A stretch of DNA of 64,000 nt from Octopus vulgaris (GCA_951406725.2 OX597815.1:56296001-56360000), one strand, 5' to 3'. Shown: positions 37,367-51,744, counted from the stretch's first letter. Notes: generated from the letters alone by a model not told the origin. A program made the numbers and translations.

Positions 37367-38269
37367 TAAAAAGAAATTTCAGTATAATTAAAACCAAATA
37401 AATACATTCAATTAAACAAATGACATCCTGATCTTGTGAAAATTTCACTTAAAGAAAAATTTTGTAATTTTGCTGATTTATATGAAATCAACTAACAGGT
37501 CTTCCAGGTAAAGAAATTTGAAGCCCCAAATTAGAAAGAAACTGCATATTATCTATGAAAAGCAAAAATATATAATGATTCAATAAAATGCTAATCTCTC
37601 AAATCAAGACTGACAGGTTGGTATTACATTGTATAATGCTGTGCTGTATTATTGATAGTGATGCTTAAATTAACTTTGATTATCTTTAGAAATCCAGTAT
37701 GTATGCAGTTCAGGTCTGCCGACTATCTTAGTCTACTTGGCAGAAAATTAGGTAGTAGAATAACCTAGTTATAAGATGGCCTTTCAAAAAGAAAAGGAAA
37801 ATAGTAACAAAAGAAAACCTAAAATGTTTGTTTGTCTATGCTGATGCATTCAGTTATGGCTTTCTAAAGAATCCTGTAAATATATTTTTGCACAAGTTTT
37901 CTTTACCCAAGTGTGTAACTAAATATGTGGCTGGCAATCCAAATTCAATTAGTAGTGCAATATAGTATTCCTGGTAAAGCTATTTTATATTTAAAGAGTC
38001 AACATAATTCAAAATAGGAAACCTGATGTTGTGAGCATTGATGCAAGCATGGCTGTTTTGAGAAACTTTGCAGGTGAAATTTGGCAGATGGATATTGTAT
38101 GGAAGCCCAATCAAGGGATGCATCTATTTTTATATAGTAGATTTAATCTATTATCTGGGTTTAACAATGTAAGCTGTTCCTTGGACGCTCTTAGCAGTGT
38201 CCACTGTATTGCATGTTCTTAATTGAAATTTTCATCTAAGGATAACTTCTTCCCTTACTCACACCAGTC

Positions 38270-38490
38270 ATTGAAACGTTAGCATGCCAGGCAAAATGCT
38301 TAGTGGTATTTCGTCTGCCGCTACATTCTGAGTTCAAATTCCGCCGATGTCGACTTTGCCTTTCATCCTTTCGGGGTCGATTAAATAAGTACCAGTTACG
38401 CACTGGGGTTGATATAATCGACTTAATCCGTTTGTCTGTCCTTGTTTGTCCCCTCTGTGTTTATCCCTTTGTGGGTAGTAAAGAAATATA
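38270..38490 (+). mobile_element. Deu/Nin-domain SINE; further copies at about 41870-41975, 59555-59735 and 62238-62450
   Basis: GAGTTCAAATTCCGCC..GACTTTGCCTTTCATCCTTTCGGGGTCGAT..AAGTACCAG. Confidence 0.75.
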
Positions 38491-39355
38491 TCATCAGTGA
38501 GGTCATTTCACTTCAGACTAAGTAGAAAAAAATTCCAAAGAAGATGAAATACAAACAAGTAGTTGATAAACTTGCAGTACTTCATCCAAATCCTTCAGTT
38601 GGCCAGACAATTTTCTCAGAAATAACATCATCATCATTTAGCATCCATATTCCATGCAGGCATGAGTTGGATGGTTTGATAGGGTCCAACATCTGAGAGC
38701 TGCATTGGTCTCCAACATCTGTTTTGGTAAGGTTTCTACAACTAGCTGCCTTTCCTAATACTATCTACATTACGGAGTGTATGAGGCACTTTTTCACGGT
38801 ATAAATGCTAGTGAGGTCACCAAGTAACTCACAAGACAAAACCCCTACACAGAGTGGGGATGCAATATTGAGGGAGGCTCTTTATGCTAGGTGTAGAGAG
38901 GCTAAAGTAGGAAAGAGGGACAGGAACAGTATCTTGCTGTAGAGGAGATACATGGCTACCCTAGGCAGAAATGGAGAAAAGATGGCAGAAATTAGGTATC
39001 AGGGCATATCTTCAAGGTACAAGAAGTTGGATAGAGAGAGAATACAATCAGAGAATTAAAGATGGTTGAATTGATAGGTAGGTTTGCAAGAATGTGAAAG
39101 AAGAGTGTCAGACAGTAGAAATGAGGATAAAAGTGAAAGCAGTGAATGGTGAACATGAATGGAGGCATGGGCAATGATGAGTTTCAATTTGAGGGAATGT
39201 AAGGAAAATAGGAGAAAGGTGATAAAAAAAATAGAGATGGGAGTCAGTAAGTCTCTGAAACCAACCAAGAAGAAAAAATCCACTTAGAACTAGAAAATAC
39301 TGCTTGAGGGAGAAAAATATTTAATATTGAATTTAAAACATTTTCTTATGTGAGA

Positions 39356-39738
39356 CTAGCAGTATCCCCCGGCGTTGCTTGGGTTTGTAAGGGAAATAAC
39401 TATATAAGCATTTTTAGAGATGTAAAGTATAATAGCCATCTCAATATGGCTAACCACAAAGGGGGGTGTTACTGTAGCTTTTTACGTTCTGAGATTTAAT
39501 AATACATTTTTAGAGAGTTACTTCCCTTATATAATAGCAAAAAATGCCTTAAAAATGGGAAAAAATGATGGTAAATTGTTTTTTAAATCGTAGACTCATG
39601 CTAATACCCAGAAGGGCTCGATATGAATCACGACTATAAGATACCCGCTTTTGGTTACACTGCACCGCAAAATGTGGGAGTAGTTAGGAATCTAAATCGT
39701 AGGAGACAGACACACAACTTCACTTTTATATATAAAGA
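39356..39738 (-). mobile_element. Non-autonomous Helitron
   Basis: Minus strand runs A|TCTTTATATATAAAA ... GC-rich subterminal hairpin (39368-39383) ... CTAG|T. Confidence 0.8.
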
Positions 39739-39759
39739 TGAAGAGACATTGTTATTATT

Positions 39760-40150
39760 TATATTATTTACATTTGATGGATATTTGTCCTTATCTTGTT
39801 TGTTGTTAACACTTTTCAGCTGATATACCCTCCAGCCATCATCAGGTGTCTTGGGGAAATTTCGAACCTGGGTTCTTATTCCGTGGGCATATGGTGTAAT
39901 GGTTAAGAGTGTGGGCTACTAGCCCCATGATTCCAAGTTCGATTCCAAGCAGTGGCTTGAATAAAAATAATAATAACATCGAAAAATACCTTAGGAATGA
40001 GAACCCAGGTTTGAAATTTCCCTAAAACACCTGATGAAGGCTGGAGGGTATATCAGCCAAAACGTTGTGTTAACAACAAAGATAAGGACAAATATCTGTC
40101 AAATGTAAATAATGTACATAATTCCTCATCTCTTAAATATAGAACTGTAT
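39760..40150 (+). mobile_element. tRNA-headed SINE with HHR-containing body, preceded by an inverted copy of the body
   Basis: A box TGGTGTAATGG 39892-39902; B box AGTTCGATTCC 39936-39946; HHR at 40026-40071 (CTGATGA core); arms 39760-39882 and 39994-40113. Confidence 0.8.
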
Positions 40151-40649
40151 TATTATTATTGAGTAGCTTAAGTATATCTCTGGTATGAAGGCAGATGATA
40201 GAATCCTTTTATCAGTATTCAGATAGTTACCTTATGCATTCATTATGCAGTCCAAAAATCTCAAACTTCAAGCCAATAAGCAGTTTATTGAGAGTGATTT
40301 GACTGTTATGTTGAACATATTGAGTAAAGTAGTAAAAAACTTATCTGATCACTGCAACCATACTTTACATGGTGGAACAAGTAAAGATAGTATAACAAAA
40401 TAATTAAATAGTATGTTCACTGAGTTCCAAACTTGGAATTGCTCAGTTTGAATGCTTGAAATTAGCTTTTCTATTCTATACTCATTGTAGAATGACCGTA
40501 TGAAAGGAGAGGTGATAAATGAATGACTCCTTTAAACACCACACGGTCACCTTACAATAAAAGCCAAAATATGGATAAATGAATTTAAGTGCCAGAATGA
40601 ATAAGGAGAAGACGACACAACAGGAGAATGTTTAGAGAAAGTTTTAGAT

Positions 40650-40915
40650 GTTAGCAGAGTGTGTGTCTGTGAGTGCAACATAAGTACATAGATAATAATA
40701 ATAATAGACAGGCAGTCATGCATACAATAATGTGTGTGTGCTAGCAGAGTGTGTGTCTGTGTATGCGCGTCATAAGTACATATATAATAAGACAGGCCAT
40801 CAAGCATACAATAATGTGTATGAGTGTTAGCTGAGTGTGTCTGTGTGTTCGGCATAAGTACATAAGAACAACAATAATAGCAGACAAGCCGTCAAGTATA
40901 CATAATGTGTATATG
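40650..40915. repeat. Three tandem units of about 88 bp
   Basis: Unit begins (g)ttagcagagtgtgtgtctgtg...cataagtacata. Confidence 0.8.
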
Positions 40916-42099
40916 TGTACAAACAAGGGTGTATGTGTGTGAGATAAAATACAGAGCATAGAAATGAGTCTATCAGGATGCTAGATGAATGTTCAGACAT
41001 AAGATAGAGATAAATACCAGTTCGTAGTAAGTTACACAATAGTTAGTTCTGTACAAGAAGTTGAGGCTACAAATTGCAGAGCCGGTTGAAACTCATGTTG
41101 AGTAAGTGGTTGTGACTTCTATGCTGTGCCGGGTTACTTGATACAGGAAATTCTCGCAGGTAGAGCTTGCTGTTAACCATGGTGAAATATTCACAAACAG
41201 CGTGAAGTTAAACCTAGGTGAATAGCTGTGGTGTCATTGAGATGAAGGCGATGGTGGTGGAGATGACATTAGATTGCTGGTGATGTTAAGATGAAGGCAA
41301 CGTAGGTGGAGGTCCTGAAATACTGCTAGTGTTGTCTGTTGCTGGAACTGGCTGAGTCGCTCTGTGGTCAGTGACTAGACCTCAGAAGATCTAGAGCCAA
41401 AGACAATAATACGGTTTGTTGATCAAGCTTTATAGAGAATAGTAGGCTCCAGAAGAGAATTTAGAAGACTGTGTCATGGGATCTTATCAGAAGGTTCCGA
41501 TTGGTTGGGTTGCACATTGGTGCGAAATAAAGTAAGAGACAAACTGCACCAAAACCAACCAATCAGAGTAGTGGACACAACAGGGCCCAAGCGGCCAAAG
41601 GTTAACTGTTATCTGCTACGTCTGTATTTATGTTATATATGTCAGAGAGAGAGGATTTCACTAAGGGTCTACTACATCATCTTCAGATAATCACATAAAA
41701 GCAAAGAGTAAATGATTTCTATTAACTATTCCATCAAGTATGCAATGTAAATATATCTGCTTTTAGAATCCAAAAGTAGTAGAAAAGAAATTGATAAAAA
41801 CAGAAAAAGTACTTCAGTTCTTGCTGAAGTAAAAATTATTTTTCATCCTTTCAATGTCTTGAGTGGAATTGTTAGAGTATGAAGCAATAATGCATTGTGT
41901 TATTTGTTCTGGCTATCTGCAGTCTGAGCTCAATAGCCACTGAAGTCAACTTTACCTTTCATGGTCGTGGAGAAATGGAAAAATAGAATTGTTTGAGCGT
42001 CAGACAGTAATGCCTTGTACTATCTGTTCCTATAATCAGTTTCAGAATCATTTATAATAATTTGTTTCCTTTATGTAATCATTCTCTATCCTAGCAACA

Positions 42100-43100
42100 A
42101 GAGCCAAATACCCTAAAATTTTCTACTGTAGCCTCAAGAACTTTGATGAAAATAATGTATGATAACAACAATTTTGACTGGTTCAAGAATCTCAAGTAAA
42201 TTTGTCTGCCTATGTAATTTATCCATCTTTTAGATTAGATCTCCCATCAAAAGTTCTTTCTATCCCACATTCTATCACTTACAGATTGCTTATGTCTCTC
42301 ACACTCACCCTTCTGTATATTAAAAATAAACTCGCTTCCATTCTTAAAATACACATTATCTACAAATGAGATCACCTTTCATTCCTTTTCAACTTTCTAC
42401 ATATAAGCATCATCTATTTGTATTTGAGGGACTTTATACCAAACTTGAACTTTTTCCATCAGCAAAGAACAACATTCTGCTGTGCCAATTCAGTCCCTTT
42501 TAATTGTATCAAGACACAACCATTACACACATCAAAGAAAGAATCATACAGCACTACATCCACCCTATTCACAAACATGATTAAAACCTTTAAAATCACT
42601 AGTAATGTTAACTTCACAGATTCTCCGTTTCATATCTAAAACTGCAGCCACATAACTCAGTTTCATATCTAAAACTGCATCTTACATAACTGCAGCCACA
42701 TATCTAAAACAGTATCTCAGTGATGAAGCATCATTTTGTGGTTCAATAATACTCCAGCACTCTTCAGTTGCTGACCTTCTATAAAGTACAGGTATGATGT
42801 ACATTAGACTACTGCTACACACACATGCTAGACTGCATAGATTAGCTCTGATGCTGGTTGGCAAACATTCACTCGTGCAGCACATCATGACCATTTACTC
42901 ACAGACATTTTGCTTTCTACCTGTCTTGTCGAATGTTATGGTTTCTGTTTTCTGAACTACCAAGCTGCATACCAATTCCACCCAATGCACCTGTCTCTCT
43001 TCCACACAAACCTTGCACTCATCATATTGTCTAATTCATCCTATCCCTCTTAAATCCTTTCTCTACACTTAACCACTAGCATTAATCTACAGATGTTCAA
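42100..43100 (+). mobile_element. Very degraded CR1/L2-like LINE remnant
   Basis: Fragmentary LLTFYKVQV..TLDYC motif only. Confidence 0.35.
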
Positions 43101-45149
43101 TCTGAACACAAATTATATCTGACCACACAGTCATGAGCACTCAATAATAATTTTCAAAAATAGAAAGTAATTCCAAATATTTTTTCTGAAAATGTTTTTT
43201 TTTTCCAGTACTTGTTATTTACGATAATAACAAATTTCACATAATCCATAAATGGTTTTTACTTTAATATAAGGCACAATAATCAAAACAGGTAATTACA
43301 TTAAATTATTGATGTCATACAAGATAATCAGTGAATTTATTTAATATTATGTTTAAGCCAGTCCTTAGGTTCATGAATTACAATTCATATAACTGAGGAC
43401 TAGGGTGCTTCAGTAGGGTTATCTCATTACATTCACCATGATTTATTGACTCATTACTGCAAAAGATGAGGTGCTGGTTTAAAATTTGAACACAAAAGTG
43501 AAATTTAGTATTTTCTAAATATATTTTGATATAAAGAAAAATCTAATTACCTGCTAGATAATTTTAAAGTTAAAAATCAGTTTATATTGTTTTATTATAT
43601 ATGAATTATGAAATACTGTTTTATAATTTTGCTTATCATCTAAGATATTGCAAGGTATTATGGAATGAAGTTAAATTGTTGCTTTACATGGAAATGGATT
43701 CATGTGGAGAAAGTTATCAACTCAGCTAACTGCCTTTCTTAGCAGAAAGCTTTATCTTAATTTCATCAGATAGTGATTACAAGTCATTTGGCAAATTAGG
43801 TAGACCTTGTGTCACAACCCACTTCACCATCTTTGTGTTGCATCCCTACTGATTTCTAGTAAAGTCATCCCTGTACAATTGTTAACAACAGCAAAATACA
43901 CCACTAGGACAATAAGACATTAATTGAAGAAAGACTTAATCTTGTCAAAAAAATGGCTAACAGAAAAAAAAAGAGTTTCATAATAAGACATCCAGGATCA
44001 TCTGCAATTTTATAGGTATCATAAAAGTTGAATTAAGAAGAACTAACTTAAAGTCATGTTCACTAACAAAACATTCATTAACAATTTGCATTTAATGTAC
44101 CTTTCATTTGCTGCCCATCAAACTCAAAGTACAATCCCAGGTATACACTAGCAAGAGTTAAGCAATGTCCATTTCTCAAGTGAAAAAGCTAGTATTTGTC
44201 TCACAGTACAATTATAAACTCTAAAACCCACCTGGACACTTTGAAGAAGTTACTTACTCATATGACCATCCATAACTGCACTATATTCTAACAAATAGTG
44301 CACTGTGAAATTCTGAACAATATATGAAAGACTGGCTTAGATTTGATATTACATTATTATATAAAAGGTTATCATCAACTAACTTTGAACTGGTTAGAAA
44401 ATACATGGATCATAAAAAAAAAAGAAAATTGCAGGTATCAATATTGGTTTAAGTGATGATACTGCAATTTTGGACAAAAGAAATAACTCCAGATTACTAC
44501 TAAAAATTTAATTGAAAGTATTCTGACTGTAATGAAGATGTATTAAAAGTAAAGGAGTATCACACCAAGTATTGAAATGTATAATATTGATATTTGTATT
44601 TTTGCAAATTTTCAAATTATCTACTTAGTCAATTATAAAATACACTCACTGTTCCCTATTTTTTTTATCTACATCATTAATAATAGTACTGTAGGCATTA
44701 CTAGACAATGTTTTTCTGTTGCTGAACTTAGAGATCCAGATTTTATACCTAGCATGCGTTTGCAATATTTTATTGCTTCAAATATCATCTGAACATTTTC
44801 ATGTTGCTCATATCATTTCCAATTTGTGTTTTTAACAGTATTTGAAAATTACTTGAAATGCATAATCTATTAATACTCAAATATAAAATTTTAAATTAAT
44901 ATTTTTAAAAAAGTAAAACATAAAGAGAACTAAAATTAGGTTCAACAATACTTTTGATGAAAGAAAATAAATGCAACTGGTATCATTATATCCTTGTTAA
45001 AACCCACAAACTGGTTGTTTTGTGTTTACTTTTGATAGTAGGCAGTAGTTTTATAATACAGTAATGATATCAAATACCAGTGATTTTATTAGTTTTCCTT
45101 CAGTAGTTTTAAGACAGTAGTATTTTATAAGAGTATAAATTTAATTCAG

Positions 45150-45242
45150 TCAGATTTCAGAAAGACGTTTCTGAAGATCATTAATTTTCAAATCTTTCAG
45201 ATGATTTAAATATTCTAAACGTTGAATCTTTTCTTGTAGAAT
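45150..45242 (-). CDS. SPEF1: SPEF1/CLAMP-like protein, last coding exon
   Basis: ttttcag|ILQEKIQRLEYLNHLKDLKINDLQKRLSEI*, matching the SPEF1 C-terminal coiled coil; minus-strand AATAAA at 45085-45090. Confidence 0.88.
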   Translation of the reverse strand: MLQEKIQRLEYLNHLKDLKINDLQKRLSEI

Positions 45243-45796
45243 CTGAAAATACAAAAAAAAATAGTTTATACCAGATTGAAATCTGTTTAATAGCTTTTGG
45301 TATGCATCCCAAATAATGAAAGTGCCTTTATACAATTATTTTGCTCATGGAAGGATTTAATTCCGGTGCCACATTTTTGTTTATGCATACGGGCATCAGC
45401 AATCATAGACCTTCACCTCCTCCTGTCTATCAAATAACTTAGCACAATGAACCTATAAAACCCAAATTAACCATTGTTTTACTGCTGCTGATAGCAGAGA
45501 ATTATACTTCTCCATGGTGTCTGTTACTATATTCAGATAAACTGCAGCTATATTTTATTATACTGGTATGAAAAATCAAACAACCCACTTATGAATCTAT
45601 ATATTGATGAATTTCTATACACAAATTTAAATGCTTTCATAAAATTGGTCTAATTTTTCTGGAACTATTGAACTATTTGGAACTAGAGCTAAGTATTTTA
45701 CAGATTCACCTAAAAATAATATAGATAATTAAGGAGTTTCTCAAAACTACAGCAAAAGATAAGTGATTCAGAATGATGCTGTCATATATATATTTC

Positions 45797-48700
45797 ATCA
45801 TCATAATCATCATCATTTAGCGTCCGCTTTCCATGCTAGCATGGGTTGGACGGTTCAACTGGGGTCTGGGAAGCCAGAAGGCTGCACCAGGCCCAGTCTG
45901 ATCTGACAATGTTTCTACAGCTGGATGCCCTTCCTAACGCCAACCACTCCATGAGTGTAGTGGGTGCTTTTTATGTGCCACCGGCACAGGTGCCACACGG
46001 GGCTGGCAAACGGCCATGGACGGATGGTGCTTTTTACATGCCACCGGCATGGGGGCCAGGCGAGGCTGGCAACAGCCACGATCGGATGGTGCTTTTTACG
46101 TGCCACCGGCACGGAGGCCAGTCAGGGCGGCGCTGGCAATGGCCACGATCGGATGGTTCGCTTACGTGCCACGGGCACTGGTATCACAGCTGCAATTTCC
46201 ATTGATGTTGATCAACTTTGTTTTGGTTCTGATTTCTGATTTTTTGATTTCCACTTGCCTCAACGGGTCTTCACAAGTGGAGTTTTGTGTCCCAAGAAGG
46301 AAAGGTTAAGCTTAAGTCGATTGGCTACATCCCAGGTAGAGGCTACGGGTTATGGTCTCACTAGTCCTGCTGGGTCTTCTCACGCACAGCATACTTCCAT
46401 AGGTCTCGGTCTCTAGTCATTTCCTTGGTGAGACCTAAAGTTCGAAGGTCGTGCTTCACCACCTCGTCCCAGATTTTCCTGGGTCTACCTCTTCCACAGG
46501 TTCCCTCAACTGCTAGGGTGTGGCACTTTTTCACACAACACTCTTCAGCTATTCTCATCACATGACCATACCAGCGCAAATGTCTCTCTTGCACACCACA
46601 ACTGATGCTTCTTAGGTCCAACTTTTCTCTCAAGGTACTTACACTCTGTCGAGTATGAACACTGACATTACACATCCATCGGAGGATACTGGCTTCATTT
46701 CTTGCGAGCTTACGCATATCCTCAACAGTCATGGCCCATGTTTCGCTACCATGTAGCATGGCTGTTTGTACACATACATCGTACAGTCTGCCTTTTACTC
46801 TGAGCGAGAGGCCTTTTGTCACCAGGCTATTCTTACTCTAGCAGTTACACTTTCAGCACACCCACCCCCGCTACTGACTTGGTCACCTAGGTAACGGAAG
46901 CTATCAACTACTTCTAGTTTTTCTCCCTGGAATGTGGCGGAAGACGGTCTCTGCACATTTTCAGTGTTTATTGCTCCTTTGACATTGCTGCACCTCTTAT
47001 GTGTCCATAGCTTACACTTGGTGCATCTTATAGAGTTTCTACCTACACCTTTTCTACAGATTGAGCAGGGCCATCTACCTGAAGGCATTCATGATTGGTC
47101 TACCTTCCTTCTTATTAGAACTTTGGTTTTGGCTAGGTTGATCTAAGGCCCTTCAATTCTAATCCTTGCTTCCACACCTGAAACTTCTCCTCCAGTTCTG
47201 ATAGTGACTCAGCAATTAGAGCAAGGTCATCAGCATAGAGGAGCTCCCAGGGGGCATCCTGTCTTGAATTCCTCTGTTATTGCTGGAGGACTATGATAAA
47301 TAGGAGGGGACTGAGGACTGAACCTTGGTGGACCCCAACCTCTACCCGGAATTCTTCACTGTAATCATTGCCAACACTCACCTTACTAGCAGCATCTCTG
47401 TACATGGCTCGCACAGCTCTCACTAACCATTCATGTATCCCTAGTTTCCTCATTGACCACCAGATAAGGGATCGGGGGACCCTGTCGAAGGCTTTCTCCA
47501 TGTCAACAAAAGCCAGGTACAGGGGCTTATCTTTGGCTAGGTATTTCTCCTGCAGCTGTCTTACCAGGAATATAGCATCAGTAGTACTTTTCCCTGGCAC
47601 GAACCCAAACTGCATTTCATCTAAGCTAGCTCTCTCTCTAATTAGTTGGGCTATAACCCTCTCTGTAACCTTCATTATCTGATCCAGTAGCTTGATACCC
47701 CTGTAGTCATTTGTATCTAGGGCGTCAACTTTACCTTTGCAGCAGTTGACTATTATGCTACTACACCAGTCGTTGGGAATGACTCCTTCGTGTATCACCT
47801 GGTTAACTATACGGGTGACTAGGCTATAGCCGACACTGCCAGATATTTTGAGCATCTCTGCAGTAATTCCTGATGGGCCTGGAGCTTTCCCTGTCTTCAT
47901 GCTTCTAATTGCCTTAACTACTAAGGAACTGTCAACTCGGATTGCTGGTCCCTCTGTTGGGTCAACATTCGGCAGACTCTCTTTATCCCATTCATTTTCT
48001 TTATTCAGCAAACTTTCATAGTGGCGTCTCCAAACCACTCTCTTTGCATCCTCATTTAGCGCAAGTGAACCATCATCCTTGCGAACACATTTCTCTCCTA
48101 CCACATCACAATTCTCTCTCACACACTGTCTTGTAACATGAAATACCTCAAGTCTTTGGTCCTCACGGCGCAGAACATTGGCAAATTTTTTCTTATCTGC
48201 TTCCCCTCTGGCTAAATACACCTGCCTCCTAGCTTCCCTTCTGGCAGTCTGATACACTTCCCTGCTACCACCGTTCTTCCAGTCCTTCCAAGCCTGTTTC
48301 TTTTGTCTAATAGCCCTGTCAACAATATTGTTCCACCACCACGTTATTTTGGGTCTTGAGGGGACTTTGCACCAACCACAGATCTGGTCAGTGGCTCTCA
48401 GCAGGTTGTCCTTTAGAGACCTCCAGTTGTCTTATACCCCATGTGAAGCTATACCTGCTTCTATTTCGTTAAAGGCTTCAAGTAATATGTCTCTAAATCT
48501 CTGTCCATTCGCAAGATCTTTAAGCTTCCAGACCCTTCTTCTCCATGTTGGTCGTCTTCTAGTTGTCCTCTTAGTTCTGATTCTAAAGTCACTAACTACC
48601 AGTCTATGTTGTGGGGTACATTCTTCGCCTGGGAAGGTTTTGGCATTTATAAGCAGCCATCTTTCCCTTTTTCTGGCAAGGATGTAGTCGATTTGGCTAG

Positions 48701-50665
48701 TATGTCAGCCTGATCAGTAGGTGACCAGGTGGCTTGTAGGTTTCCTGAAGTTAGTGTTGCAAACCATAAGACTATTCGCATCACAGAACTCCAGCAGCCT
48801 GGTTCCCTCCTCGTTGCGGGAACCATAACCATAGCCTCCATGTACGCCATGGAAGCCCCCAGCATGTCGTCCAACATGCCCATTGAAGTCACCAGCCACA
48901 AAGAGAAGGTCCCTGTTGTTTGTCAGTGAGGTGGTCTGCAGTAGGGTGTCATAGAATCGGTCTTTCTGTCCATTGGGTAGCCCTGGCTGAGGGGCGTAGG
49001 CCGATATAATGGTTGCTAAACCATGATGAAGCACTAATCTAATCTTAAGTATTCTGTCGCATACTCTGACTACCTCGATTACCTTATTTACCCATTTTTC
49101 GGCGATAAGTATACCCCCCCCCCCCCGACCCCGTCAGTGTTCCCAGCCAAGAAAATCTTGTACCTGTGTTCTTTGCCTGTGAGGAACCTAGCAGAACCTC
49201 CTCTCCACCTCACTTCTTGAATGCAGCATATATCAACACACCTCTGTTCAAGCAACTCAACGATCTCGCCAGACCTGCCTTTCAGTGCGCCAATGTTGAG
49301 GGTGCCAACCCTGAGGGTGTGGGAGGTATTGGCCCTAGTAGCTTCATGAACCTGAAAAAAAACTCGCGTTTGGCAGGATTCATAGACAAACAATAGACTT
49401 AAGTTCAAACCGCGTACACTACACTATCATATTTTGCAATGTATGACCACTACCTTTTATGGAAGGGGGCGGGGGTGGCATAAGACTTTGAAGTGTACAT
49501 GGGAGACAACAAAGGATGAGAAAATTTAGGACTTCCTGTAACAGTGGAGGGGGTGGGAGGACGGGTGCACCGCGAAAACTAGCAGACATGAAGGGGCGCC
49601 TCTCATTTCTTGGAAAAGGAATATATATTAGGAGGTACAAAATACCTAAATTTGAGAGAGAGATATTTTGCAGGTTTATGGGAGATGCGTGAGCTAAATT
49701 TATCTTAGACATTGATAAGTAAGAGGAACAATAAAATTATATATATATTTATTCTATATTTAACGAGACGTGAGGCTGATCGATAATTGAGAGGAACTAT
49801 AGAATTATATATATATTTAACACGAGACGTGAGGCTGGAATTTATCTGAGACATTGATAATTGAGAGGAACTATAGAATTATATATATTTAACACGAGAC
49901 GTGAGGCTGAGATCTGAGATCTGAGATCTGAGATCTGAGACATCGATAATTGAGAGGAACTATAGAATTATATATATATTTAACACAAGGTGTGAGGCTG
50001 GAATTTATCTGAGACATCGATAATTGAGAGGAACTATAGAATTATATATATATATTTAACATAGAATTATATATATATTTATTCTATATTTAACGAGACG
50101 TGAGGCTGATCGATAATTGAGAGGAACTATAGAATTATATATATATTTAACATGAGACGTGAGGCTGAAATTTATCTGAGACATCAATAATTGAGAGGAA
50201 CTATAGAATTATATATATATATATTTAACATAGAATTATATATATATTTAACATAGAATTATATATATATTTAACATAGAATTATATATATATTTAACAT
50301 GAGACGTGAGGCTGAAATTTATCTGAGACATCGATAATTGAGAGGAACTATAGAATTATATATATATTCAACACGAGGCGTGAGGCTGAAATAGAGAGAA
50401 TCAAAGTCAAACAGAATAGAGATAACTAAAGGTCAATCAATTGCGCAGAAATATTACTGGTAGGTATGGGATGAATTAAAGAAGAATATTGCTTAACTGT
50501 GATTCATCTTTCCATTCATAGTTGACAGCAACAGTTTGAATCAAAAAATGGGGATGCTATGATACGGGCGTTAGTTTATATAGGATGGTGGTGAAGGAAA
50601 GTGGGAAGTCCTGTCGAGTGGCGATCGAAAGAGATAGAAAGACAAGCAGTGTGAAGAGATGGAGA
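45797..50665 (-). mobile_element. Near full-length RTE LINE (same family as 29800-34021), disrupted, in the last SPEF1 intron
   Basis: ORF pieces 46361-49408 with APE, RT (YADD) and a partly deleted PHD; (GAT)n tail; 5' boundary approximate. Confidence 0.93.
49735..50390. repeat. Minisatellite of about 60-75-bp units in the RTE 5' region
   Basis: Repeated gataattgagaggaactatagaatt(at)n..gagacgtgaggctg. Confidence 0.9.
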
Positions 50666-50669
50666 TAGA

Positions 50670-50705
<36 letters not shown>

Positions 50706-51744
50706 CACATCATGTTTCTTTTTGTTAACATTTTAAATCAGCACTTTTCTATGCTGCTACAGATTGAATAAATGAATAAATTTTCTACACAGCTTATTAC
50801 CAATCATCTCCATCTCTTGTGATCTCTTCTATTAGACCAAATGTTAGGAATCTGACCTCATCACTTCTTCCTGTTAGGAGAATCACTAACAGCAAATAGT
50901 TTTTTTTATCCAACTTTCATCATTCATTTACATCTATGTACAGTTGTATTTACTCATCTGCTTTCACAGCATATTTATGCTCAAACTATTTATAAATTAT
51001 CACTAACTTTAACATATCCCAATGGATCTTCTAAAAATTACCTTACTATTAAATAAAAGTAGAACATTAATTTAAATGCAGAACCGTCTGTTTGATTAAT
51101 TAATTAAAAGGAATTTGAAGGGTTTATCCTACATAGGCTACTTTATTTTTCCTTTCTTTCAAGGTCAATAAAATAACTATTGATAAACTGCAGAAATGAA
51201 TAGTTAGATTCTATATTTGATAATGTAAGAGACTATCTGGTTTCAAAAATTATTTTCTTCATCTATTTCTATTGATAGCCTGAATGAGCTTTTTTTAAAG
51301 TGCCTGGAATTTTAGAACAAAATACCTACCTCTACAGTTGATTGTATTCAACTACTTCCAACATTATTCTGTGTAGTTAAAAGAATTTATTTCTTGAATG
51401 CTCTTACATATGAGGTCTTCTTCTTTGTTAAACTAACTGATGTTCCAAGTTACAGTAGAATATAATGCATCTAGTGAGTAATTAATAATACATATAATAC
51501 TGACCACTCATAATTGAAGTAGGTATGAATATTAAAAACAGCAAAATGATGTGGTTTGCCCAGAAATATAATACAATGCTCGTCACCTTAAGCTTCCAAT
51601 TATTCCACTAATTAAAGCTAAAATTGTACAACAAAGGTATGACTGAAATATGAAGTTGCTACGGCTACTCTTAAGATTAATCTTGTCAGGATACAAATGA
51701 CAACAAAATAATGTAATCTGTAATAAGGAATATGAAATCCAGAC

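Noticed and set aside
39883-39957. Functional tRNA gene
   Set aside because: Acceptor stem does not pair and there is no oligo-T terminator; it behaves as a SINE head
49735-50390. CRISPR-like repeat array
   Set aside because: Eukaryotic context, no unique spacers and no cas genes; it is a minisatellite
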